DNA of 63,582 bases, counting the filler, from Sphacelaria rigidula (lineage: Eukaryota), in assembly GCA_964200075.2 (NCBI GenBank). It is 7 parts of 7 records of this genome, joined end to end, with 100 filler letters (N's around TTAATTAATTAA, not from the genome) between each part and the next. Parts side by side here need not be neighbours in the genome. Positions count along the whole stretch, not along the records: positions 1 to 8,999 come from CAXNAA020009558.1; positions 9,100 to 18,097 come from CAXNAA020009559.1; 5 more parts are not named here. One strand, given 5' to 3'. Both the position numbers and the translations under genes were made by a program. The notes beneath the pieces were generated by a model. It worked only from the letters and a program-made list of their open reading frames with translations. It searched no databases and was not told the origin of the DNA. Shown here piece after piece: positions 1 through 9,721 of the stretch. Numbering within the stretch: the stretch's first letter is position 1; the number at the start of each line of letters is the position of its first letter.

Positions 1-1554
1 AACCATTGAAGAAAGTAAAAAAAGGGGCCCCCCCCCCCCCCCTTTTTTTTTGACTATATCTAGCCAGAATCGAAGAGAACGGTAAACAATCTACAGTACC
101 CTCTCCCCCATCCACTCCTCTGTTGGCCGTATGGGTATGAAGTACAACCACAACAGGAGCAGCGTGAAAGCTTCTTCGAGCCGCGACATTGGCTGCACAA
201 GTGATTATTGACGTACACTGATGACTGGTCAGAGTGACTCATATTTTCCTCCATCCTTCCGACAAAGGTGGTGCGCGGTCGCCGGGCTACTCTTGATCTA
301 AGACGGGGCCGCGTCACCGGTGTATTTCTGATCTTCAAATTGGTTCGATCTATCTGACCCGCATTTTTCGAAAACAGCCTTTGCTCCGAATTCAGAATTG
401 TCCTTGTGAGACGTGAAACACCTTCATTCTGATCAAGTTTGGGAGCCTATTTACTTGAATTTCAGCCCCCCCCCCCCCAGTAGCAGCGAGAAAATGGTCG
501 CTAAACGAGAAGATAGGTGGTGGCCACACATGGTGAAACAGGAAGAGGATGAGATATGTAAAAGCCCTTTGTGTAGGGTATTAAAGAGACGTAATGAACG
601 CCCAAATGTTGGAGATATCTCTATTAGGAGTAGGAACGATGCTCCGTCTCGAAAGGTATGCGTGGTCAATGGTCGAATGACTGATGCAAGCAACAAATGA
701 CTCCCTCCCCTCCATCTCCGCCACATCAAGGCGTAGATATGTGTTTTTGATTGTGATATCTGGACTGAGAGTCATGCCACTCACCCATCCATGTGTAATA
801 CTCGCGCTCCTCGTATATAGCGATCGGTGAAGCTCTACTATCCCGGACCCCAAATGTACGGACAGCAGCGTTTCCAACTTGGGGGCGGGATTAACGAGGC
901 TTGTTTCTCAGATGAAATCTCGGACATTTTCGGACAGTTTCTACCACTTCCCCCCCCCTAAAGTGGGAGAGCAGGTTTCTCAACCAGGTTGGGCAATAGA
1001 TGGCATCAAGACTGACTACAGCTTGCTCCTGAGACCGAGCGTCGATGTTTTGTGTGCGTTGTTGAGAAGTAAAAAATATCAAATTTCCCCGGAAAAGTCG
1101 TTATCGTCTGAAAAGAAAGTCCCACCAATAACGTCCTAGACCGTTTCTTACGGTTGGTATTTTCACAAAAAAAAACATACGAAATGCAAGATCAATATTT
1201 TTTTACGAGATGAGCGCTACCCGTTGGTAGGTATTTTTGAATAAAGTACGAGCCGGGGCCGATATACATACATGTATTTCAGCCGTATTTTCCAACCAAG
1301 AGGCGGCGAGATTTGAACCGCCCGCCGGCGCATCCCACAGAGGAGACGCACAGAAGATGTTAGTGCCCTTCTTGGTCATCTGAGAGGCTCTCCCGGCAGT
1401 TATTTCGAATACCCCCAGCGACGTTTACACACTAGAATAGAGTTCGCTTTGCCATCCCGGCGCATGCAGGATGGCGTCAGGGGTTGGTGATTCATTGACA
1501 TCAACCGTGTTACCGAAAAACTTGCGGTAGAGGCAGTGTCTGTGCTGCAGTACA

Positions 1555-1835
1555 CAGCATAGGATGTGGGTGTCAGTTTGCACACTGGAAGTACAGCGTC
1601 TGTACTAAAAATAAAAATGATGCGGACAACGTCAAACATGTGGACATCGTGTGGCACAGACAGTACCAAGTGGTACAGTACGGTGTCCTGCCGCACACAA
1701 AAGTAGGGTGCAGATGTCAGTTTGCACACAGTAGTACAGCGACTGTGCTGAAAATGTCGACAACGTGCAGCACAGACAGTTCTAGACAGCACAGTTTGTA
1801 CTGCCGCATAGGATGTAGATGCTAGTTTGCGCACA
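1555..1835. repeat. Degenerate tandem repeat, about 3 copies
   Basis: Motif TAGGATGTGGGTGTCAGTTTGCACAC and variants recur at about 1560, 1704 and 1809; the first two copies are followed by AGTACAGCG.CTGT.CT.AAAAT and GCACAGACAGT. Confidence 0.6.
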
Positions 1836-2471
1836 GCACGAGCTGGGCCAACGGCCATTGGCGGAGGTCTACGTTGCACATATTCTTTGACCGACACAAG
1901 GAGCTTAGCACGGTGAGGTCTTTGTACCCCCCCTTGGTATGCACATCCCGTTGTACCCCGCAGAACTTACCTTTGATCCCGCTCCAATCCCCCGAAAAAC
2001 ATGAGGGAATAGACCAAAAAAAAAAGTATATCCTGTAGTTCCAGGAACATATAAGGATAGCTCACTTTCTCAGTCCGGGGCGCGGCGTTGCAAGTGGACT
2101 GGGCACCTCCGAAACATGTTCCATCGCCTCAGCCCTACGCCCATCGTTATTTGGCAGCACTCCCAACTTTTTTGTTTGAACATGGCAACAGCTTCACAAT
2201 TAATAGGGCGCGGAAAAGGAGACCTTGTTAGAGCGCCCTATTTTGTCAACCAACCTGCCGGGTATACCCGACTCTCAGTCAATATGTTATATTGGACCCT
2301 TTTTTGTTCACGTGCGTAGTACCCTTTTTTAGTTTTTGACGTATACCTGCATGCCCGTTTTTGTCTAGGTAGGTAGTCACGAGAGTAGTTGTAGTAGCAG
2401 TGCAGAAAAGCGAGCCAGGGTTGAAATTTTGATCGCAGTGTCTCATGGAGGTGAAGGCGATGGCGTTGATG

Positions 2472-2665
2472 AAGCCAGAGTACAGGCAATACCGTGCAGT
2501 GCAGTTTAGTACAGCAGAACTTCTGCGAGAAGCTGTGAGTTGTGATTGGTACACTCTTCAAGAATATTAATCAGATATAACAGTACAGGGGAGCGCGAAC
2601 AAGACCTCTCGAGCATGATCCACTGCACTGCACTGCATTGCACTGTACTGCCGGTACTCTGGCTT
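2472..2665. mobile_element. Small inverted-repeat element (MITE-like, 194 bp)
   Basis: Left AAGCCAGAGTACAGGCAATACCGTGCAGTGCAGT is the near reverse complement of right ACTGCATTGCACTGTACTGCCGGTACTCTGGCTT. The ORF track shows the peptide LHCTVLPVLWL on both strands. Confidence 0.65.
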
Positions 2666-2899
2666 TGTCGTGCACGTACTTGTGCTTTCCTACACCTCTT
2701 CACCTGCCATCATCCAAGAGCGGAGAAGGTTGGGTGCCATACACCATTGCTGCTTGCGCAACCAGACATACGCACGCTTCATTACTCTCGAACCTACTTG
2801 CATTCCTACACCTATTCGCCCGTCATCATCCATACGCGGAGGAGACTGTCATACACTTTTCTTCGTTGCTCAACCACGCAAAATGTTTGTATATATCCA

Positions 2900-3518
2900 A
2901 GGTTGTGTTCTGTACCATACCCGATAGATGCTGTAAGTCTTGGCTGAATCGAGTACTATTTTTCAAAATACCCGAATTTAGGAAATACTCTACCCATCAC
3001 ATCCTTGTGACCTTGGGAATTTATTTCTCGTCAACTGTCCTGTTGGAAATCCTAGGGGGGAAATGAGACCAAAACCAAGCCTAAACCCAACTGTCACCAA
3101 ACAACACGATGTTTCGAAGCATGGTTTCGGAGTATTTTGAAGTTATGATGCTCTGTAGAGTAGGATTTTATAGTATACCCGGGGGTTTTTACCCAGTTAG
3201 TACTCTTACCCATGTTCCGCGAGTTCCTTGAGCTTCCATATTCTGTACCCGACAGTTCTGTGAGTTCTGGAAGCCTCTCATACCGGCACCCAACAGTTGC
3301 GCACGATCTGTACGAAAGTTTTACCCGTACTCGGGTACGAGTATACCCTCGTTGAAGTATCACGCCCCGGGTAAGGGTTCCTGTACATCTCCTCACCATA
3401 TCCTGGTAGTTCTGTAATACTTTTGTGTGGCTTTCATATCAGTACCCGACAGCTCTGTAAGTTCTGTGAGATGTATCACACCCCATCGAACATACCCACT
3501 CCCTACAGAACACAACCT
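2900..3518. mobile_element. Non-autonomous DNA transposon with 15-bp perfect TIRs and internal TACCCG.CAG.TCTGT repeats
   Basis: AGGTTGTGTTCTGTA (2900-2914) and TACAGAACACAACCT (3504-3518). Possible decayed 8-bp TSD TATATATC/TATTTATT two bases outside the TIRs. Confidence 0.65.
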
Positions 3519-3592
3519 CATATTTATTCAGATTATCCCCCCCCCCTCCCCCTTCCCTCCCCCTTCCCCGCGGGCTATTTTCGGGCGAACAG

Positions 3593-3702
3593 CTTTGGAC
3601 AAACCCTTTTTGATGCCGGTGGAGGATGTATTCTCTATTCCAGGACGAGGGACGGTAGTAACGGGTAGGGTGGAACAAGGTATCCTCAAAATTGGAGACG
3701 AG
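3593..3702 (+). CDS. TUFM: Internal exon of elongation factor Tu, most likely the nuclear-encoded mitochondrial EF-Tu
   Basis: Translates (A)[36 protein letters not shown], the EF-Tu domain 1/2 junction. Preceded by a C-rich tract and AACAG acceptor (phase 1), followed by GTGAGC donor (phase 0). No other exons were recognised in this contig. Confidence 0.92.
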
Positions 3703-3768
3703 GTGAGCGCGAGCGTCGGATTTTTCTCTCTTCTTTTTGCTCTCACAGTGGCACAGTATATGTATGTG

Positions 3769-4297
3769 CTTCCTCTGTCCCATGAGTAAAGGTACCTAAA
3801 TTTGTACGGGCCCTCAACGATGCCCGATCGTTTTTTTTTTTCGATGAATTCTACTGTGTTTTTTTGGGTCAAGAAAATGTGTTCGAAAATTGCAGCTCGT
3901 GCTTGAACCATGCCGCCGAACGGCTGCAAAAAAAGTAATCGCCCCAAAACTGGCCGTTTTTTGCCCCTTTCCTAGGCGAAAAAGTGTCGAAATTTTCTTG
4001 TTTGATTTTCTTTTAATCGCCCCCGCCTTCACTGGGGCTTGCTGCTAGGAAGTCCCACGCGATTCAAATACAAAAACGACATTCTATTCCCCCTCGGAAA
4101 GGGGTAAAATACGGCCATTTTTTGGCCGACTGCTTTTTTTGCAGCCGTTCGGCGACATGGTTCAAGCACAAGTTGCAAATCGTGAACACATTTTCTTAAC
4201 CCAAAAAACACAGAAGAGTTCATTGAAAAATAAAACGATCGGACATCGTTAAGGGCCCGTACAAATTTAGGTACCTTTACTTATGGGACAGAGGAAG
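3769..4297. mobile_element. Stowaway-like (Tc1/mariner-derived) MITE with about 240-bp imperfect TIRs
   Basis: Starts CTTCCTCTGTCCCATGAGTAAAGGTACCTAAATTTGTACGGGCCC and ends GGGCCCGTACAAATTTAGGTACCTTTACTTATGGGACAGAGGAAG. TA on the right, TG on the left. Nearly the whole element folds back. Confidence 0.85.
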
Positions 4298-6039
4298 TAT
4301 ATACTTGTACATTTTTTTATTCTTTATTTTATCTTGTATTTTGGTGCGATTTCGTTCAATTGTGATTTTATTTTACCCAAAATTGTTTTATATCCGCCTT
4401 TTGTGGGGATGGGAGAGGGAAGGGTGCGCGCGAGGACTTCTTGTGACGATTTGTGATGTCTTTATGCGAAGCCCTTCACGAGATGAAGCAGCGGTGCCTT
4501 TTTTTTCTGCTGTTGGAGCCTTGCACCTTTTATTTTTGGCGGCAGACTTGTGGACACGACTTTGCATTTGATACTTCGAATATACTCTTGTCACTAGTTT
4601 GTCATGATCTTTTTCTGCAGTAGAATTGACCCGTTTTTACTTCTTCTGTTGTTCAGTTTTTGAGAATCAGGAACCCCCGGATGTAACGTTTACCGTGTAA
4701 GGTGTTTTGTCTTTTCAATGTCAACTGTTGGACTGCTTGGTATAATATTAACGTCGCATGATGACTGTTGCTGAAGCCATGCCGGATCAGTGAATGCGCG
4801 ACAATCAGTCAAGGAACCGATGCATCAATCGTTGCATTAGGCCAAGTCTTATCTAGTGAAGAAGTTTAGTAAAAAAATGTGTCCGGGGAAAATGGTTGCA
4901 CCTGTTTTAAAACCTCATCATCAGCAAAAAAATCACTCGTCGTTTTTTTCGGAGGGGGAGTTCTATCCCGATACGAGATTGTGATGTCAGAACAACACGC
5001 ATACAGACCAGCACGTCACGAGGCAAATAAAGAGATGGCTGTGTGCCTCTGGTGTGTGGTCCAGGCCTCATGATGAGCCGAACGGACCACTCCGTCAACC
5101 GATGTACGTTGCGTTTCACATGCTCAACGAAATTTTTTACGGTGTTGTAAAAAAAAATCCAAAACGATTTTGTTTTCGGCAATGTTTGAAGGGCGGTGGG
5201 CATGTAAGTGTTACTAACCGTCAGCGAATCAGAGCGATGAAATAATGTAAACAGTCACAAACTATGAACATGATCGAACATCTTCCTTTGTCATAATTCT
5301 GTTGTTGACCCTTTCGGAACCGTTGATGGAAAAGGGACGATTTACACTTGACGTTTTCTTGGGCGAAATATCTTTTTTTCTGCAACTGTTGATGCAGCCC
5401 ACCAAAACGGCGCACCACTCTAAGTTCAAGTATACTCATGTGGCGTTTTCCGGGTGACGAAAGCTCGCATATGGGAGTGAGTAAGTCATTACTTTTTCAT
5501 CAACGCTTCCAAGAAGGTTGAGGCGGGCCCTTGATCCTTTGACCGCTAGGGTAGGCGATCTGTTGAATTGGCATCATCTACATTTGGAAAATTAGATAAA
5601 TTATGGCGATTCGATCGATCGCGTACGCTGGCGGTCAAAGGGTCAGTATCGAATCTTGTGTTGACTTTTTCGTGTTTATTTCAAAATTATGAGTAATTAT
5701 CGCAATAAAGATCCCGAAATGTTCGGCGTGGAGAGTGGTGAATTTGTGAAAAACTATCGGAGTTTCAATAATGCTGAAAGCGTACCCAACCATTTTATAT
5801 GTTTTCGAGTGTAAGGCTATCACCACATGATTTACTCGCCAGCCAGGAGCAGAGTACCAGGTGCGTGTCAACAACTCGATGGGTAGAGCCAGCTCCAAAG
5901 AAAAACTAGTCTGTGTATTCCGAGCTCGGGGGACTATCGCAAAGCGTGAGCTGGTTATCGGGGGTTATCATGATGGTGTTTGGCCGAGGTCATAATTCCA
6001 CGTAGTAAAAAGGAACCTCGGAAAGCTATGATCATGAAA

Positions 6040-6105
6040 TGACCCTAACCCTGACGAACCCTTGATGAGTATGACCCTAACCAGCCCTAGCCCTAACCCT
6101 AACGA
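6040..6105. repeat. Short interstitial CCCTAA (telomere-like) motif cluster
   Basis: GACCCTAACCCTGA...GACCCTAACCAGCCCTAGCCCTAACCCTAAC; a related GGGTTAGCGTTAGCGTTAGG lies at about 40377-40396. Confidence 0.5.
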
Positions 6106-7284
6106 AAGGTCACGAAAACCCTCGAACAAGGGAGGTGTATAGGGTTTCCTAGGCAAAGTGTGGCGTTGGTATACCTTAAATCGGCGCCAGCGGCGCCGAG
6201 TCAGACAATAATGCGTTCTGCGCACGCTGGGAGTACATGGGACTGTCAACCCTACTGAAGATCCGAATTTCGGTGTTCACCCGCAAGTCAAGTGAGAACA
6301 TTCCGCGAAAGTTCCGTTCTACCAAGTGGAAATATGTGCTGGTTTGGTCGCTGCAGCGTTGTTGTGACATTGATGAGAATGAATGCGGAAAATCCCGAGG
6401 CTTTTTTTTTTCTTGTCATCGAGCTGTTGTTCCGTGCGATTTTTCTCTGGTCGAAAAATAGAGAAACGTCGACAGAAATTTTCCGAAACTACTTCACCGT
6501 TCGGAACGGGCCTGAGGGGCGACAGTTGTTGAGCGCTGGTCATGTGTAGAGTGAATTTTTTATGGTATGCACGAATCATATCGTACGACTTCCCGCGGAA
6601 AGCGGGTTCGTTGTTGCCTCCCACCCGTGATCCATATGTACATGTATCATGTGACATTTTTCACCACTTTGGCGGAGTTTTCTCTGGCGGCAAGGCATTT
6701 CCCCCCGCACATTCTTGTGCAACGCACTGAGAAGGCTCAGCGGTACCTTACCGTTCAGGTTTGGGTGTCATCTGATACCTTCGGCGCGTGTTCTCGCTAC
6801 CGAAAGTCGCTCAAACTGACCCTATTTCGCGGGGTGTCGATCCCGAACCAGGAAAGCCTTTTTAAGATGAAAAACTTGAAAGAGGAACCCGAACCACAAA
6901 AACCTGTTGAACATCATGCAAAACATCAAACAGGATCACTTTTGGCGAGGGTTTTCCCCGTGTTTCTTTTTGCCGCGTTCTCCCATCATTTGGGAGCACG
7001 AATACACCGGTTATGTTGCCAATGTCACGAGAACACGAGAGCAAAGCAATTGAAACCAATTGAATATTTCCCTTGGCCTTAGTCACCAGCGAACACAAGA
7101 CCGTGCAATGGGCCGTTGGCGAGTGAACAAGGCACAGCAGCACGGCAGCACAGGAATGTTTTGCTTCAAGAAACAATCCCCCTGTTTTGAAAAAAAAGCC
7201 TGGTGATGTGGAAACCCACAGTGATGTGCAATCCGTTTCAGACAAGAATCACCACTCTTCATGTCCAGGGAAATGCAAACTTTC

Positions 7285-7640
7285 ATGTCCAGCGAGAAAC
7301 GACAGCACTGCAAGAACATGTCCGTCAATAAAATTGGCGAGGTGAAACAGGGGAACGATGCAAAAGGTCCGGTGAAGACTTCGGCCGGCTTTGAGGAAAA
7401 AAGGCACCTCTCATGTGCCGACAAGAAGCGAAGTACTGAAAGAACATATCCGCGAGCTCCACGAGTGAGAAAGAACATGCCAGGAATGTTCCACGCATTC
7501 CAACAACCAGCCGAAGCCACTCTTCTGTCTAGAGAATGCAAACTCTCAGGTGCAGCGAAAAAGCGAAGCACTGAAATAACATACCCGTGAGTTTCCCCAA
7601 GTGACGAAGAACATGCCAAAAATGTTGACGCATTCCATTT
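7285..7640. repeat. About 135-bp degenerate tandem repeat (2 clear copies plus a partial third)
   Basis: AAGCGAAG(T/C)ACTGAAA.AACATA.CCG.GAG...AAGAACATGCCA..AATGTT..ACGCATTCCA at about 7426 and 7561; weaker copy at about 7295. Confidence 0.6.
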
Positions 7641-7684
7641 TTTGGAAAGTGCCTCCCCCTGTCATGTCTTCGTGGAACTTTTTC

Positions 7685-8175
7685 ATCATGAATCGATGAA
7701 TCATGGATACATGTTTCCCAACTTGCCTACATATGGCGTGAATCATGGGTACACATGTTTCTCCTTGCTCACGCGGGATTATCATATGTACATGTCACCC
7801 ACCCTCGCGTTCATGCGGGATGAATCATAGACACATGTCTCCTACCTTCAATTCATACGGCATGAATAATTTGATACATGTCTCCTACCCTCTAGTTTAT
7901 GCGGGATGAATCATGGGTGCATATTTTCCCCCTCGTTTTCATGCGGAATGACTCAGGGGTACATGTGGTCCACCCTTCGGTTCATGGGGGTGAATCATGA
8001 GTATATGTTTTGCACCAATGATTCATACATGGACGATGGTTCGTACGTGTTTTTCAATACTGATTCGTGCGGCACGACTTTGAATATACTATTTCACCAT
8101 TCGTGATTCGTGGGGCATGCCTTTGAATATACGATTTCACCATTCGTGTTTCGTACCGGATGACTCACTGGTACA
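7685..8175. repeat. Interspersed element carrying a 42-bp tandem array (GAATCAT...TACATGT), copy 1
   Basis: GAATCA motif spaced about 42 bp from 7697 to 7992. End CCGGATGACTCACTGGTAC matches the reverse complement of 28795-28815. Confidence 0.75.
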
Positions 8176-8366
8176 TGATTCGCACTCAAACATTCCCCAG
8201 GAGTCACCCGTATGAACTCGGATTCGTCCGAACCGTGGAACTTTCGAATTTGCAAGAGATTTGGTCTAAGTGTTCTCCTTCGAGCATACGTGCTGTTCCT
8301 CTCTTCGGAGCAACCTTATTTTGATATTTTTTCTTCTCATCTCACGAGGAACCCCTGGCCCTACTC

Positions 8367-8535
8367 GGGATGAGTCCGTGGTCTCAAGGGATCAACACAT
8401 TTACATATCCCCCGTTCGGTACACGCCTGACATTTTGGTACCATGGATTGGATCATGACCACTTCCCCACCGCGTCGACTGTCGTCTAACAAACATACTT
8501 CTTGCTTCTCACGTCCTCAGGATTTGAACAACGGA
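8367..8535 (-). mobile_element. Degenerate tRNA-derived SINE copy
   Basis: GGGATGAGTCCGTGGTCTCAAGGGATC is identical to 23754-23780. Shares the GGATTGGATCA...GTCGACT core. Minus-strand B-box-like GTTCAAATCC at about 8520-8529. Confidence 0.6.
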
Positions 8536-8999
8536 ACATACTGTCTTCCCTTTGCTCCCAAAACCTAGACAAACAAGAAACCCCACCCCAAAACCTCACC
8601 CCACATTAAGAACTTCCACGCGTACTCTGTTGGCATCAATGACGCGTGAAGGAGCTGTGCACAGCTTCATGCTCCGTCTTCCGCGTTTCGACCTATTTTT
8701 ACAGCATAGGTCTATTTTGCGTTTCTACTCTTTTCTTATATTATTTTTGTGGTCTTTTGTCTTCTTCTTTTGTCATTTTGTTCTCCTTCTTGTCTTCTTC
8801 TCGATTATTCTTACATTTTCCCCCATTCTCTTTGTCTGGATTATCTTCTGTTTTTCATTTAGTCTAACTGTTCATTTCCTTTATAACCCTTTTGGGACGT
8901 AAGCTCACTAGCTTCAAGTTGTTGGGTGGTGAAAACCTTCTACATATCTCATCCCCGTCCTGTTTCGCCGTCTGTGGCCACCATCTATCTCCTAGTATA

Positions 9000-9099
9000 N
9001 NNNNNNNNNNNNNNNNNNNNNNNNNNNNNNNNNNNNNNNNNNNTTAATTAATTAANNNNNNNNNNNNNNNNNNNNNNNNNNNNNNNNNNNNNNNNNNNN
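9000..9099. other. Artificial contig linker N44-TTAATTAATTAA-N44
   Basis: 100-bp spacer with stop codons in all six frames, repeated identically six times in the window. Confidence 0.99.
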
Positions 9100-9458
9100 C
9101 ATAGCGCCACCGCTACGGCCTTGAACAAAAATCCAGCTATGTCACCCTCTCCGTCTTTTCATTGCGGCCAGTATGATACCATATATGGGACTATTGGGTA
9201 CGTATTGCGGAAGGCATGTGCTGGTGACACAATTTTGGGTGATCACCGTGAACCAGCCTGTATATATTTATTTTTTCGCGCACATTTGTCGCCGCATAAC
9301 CCGAGGAAGGGCCCCACAAAATTTTGTCGCAAAACTCGATTAAATGGTGCTTGAACCTTCATGTTCACGTCAAAGAAGGTCCAAAAACGCCGTTTTGGTA
9401 CAAAAAACAAGTAGTTTGCGGTTTCACCGCGGTACGTCAAGGTGCACGAAAGCGGAAA

Positions 9459-9721
9459 ACCTCACGCCGTTTCAAAGAGTTAGACCCTGAAATTTTGCAC
9501 ATATGTTCTGTGGGTGATTACGCAACTGTGAAAGAACAAGTTTTTCTTCACCGTTTCACGGGGGTCCGATTGCATCGCTGTTTTCCTGAAAAAATGGGGA
9601 CCCCCGAAAAACGGTTACAGAGTCAACAAGTGAAAAGACCTCGTTCTTCGTGAGTTACGAAATGACCCATAGAACACCTGTGCAAAATTCCAGGGTCTAA
9701 CTCCTTAAAACGGCGTGAGGT
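9459..9721. repeat. Palindromic (foldback) repeat with about 95-bp arms, part of a dispersed family
   Basis: ACCTCACGCCGTTTCAAAGAGTTAGACCCTGAAATTTTGCACA... versus ...TGTGCAAAATTCCAGGGTCTAACTCCTTAAAACGGCGTGAGGT. The peptide TSRRFKELDP appears on both strands. Second copy at 44550-44806. Confidence 0.8.

Noticed and set aside
1300..1400. Additional SINE heads (B-box-like at about 1310 and about 42495)
   Set aside because: Only the B-box-like motif is visible and the family core and tail could not be aligned.
3427..3789. Bacterial tuf gene or contaminant
   Set aside because: EF-Tu similarity is confined exactly between AG and GT splice sites.
9044..9055. Repeated TTAATTAATTAA palindrome as a biological motif
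   Set aside because: It is always centred in N44/N44 and is a synthetic six-frame stop linker.
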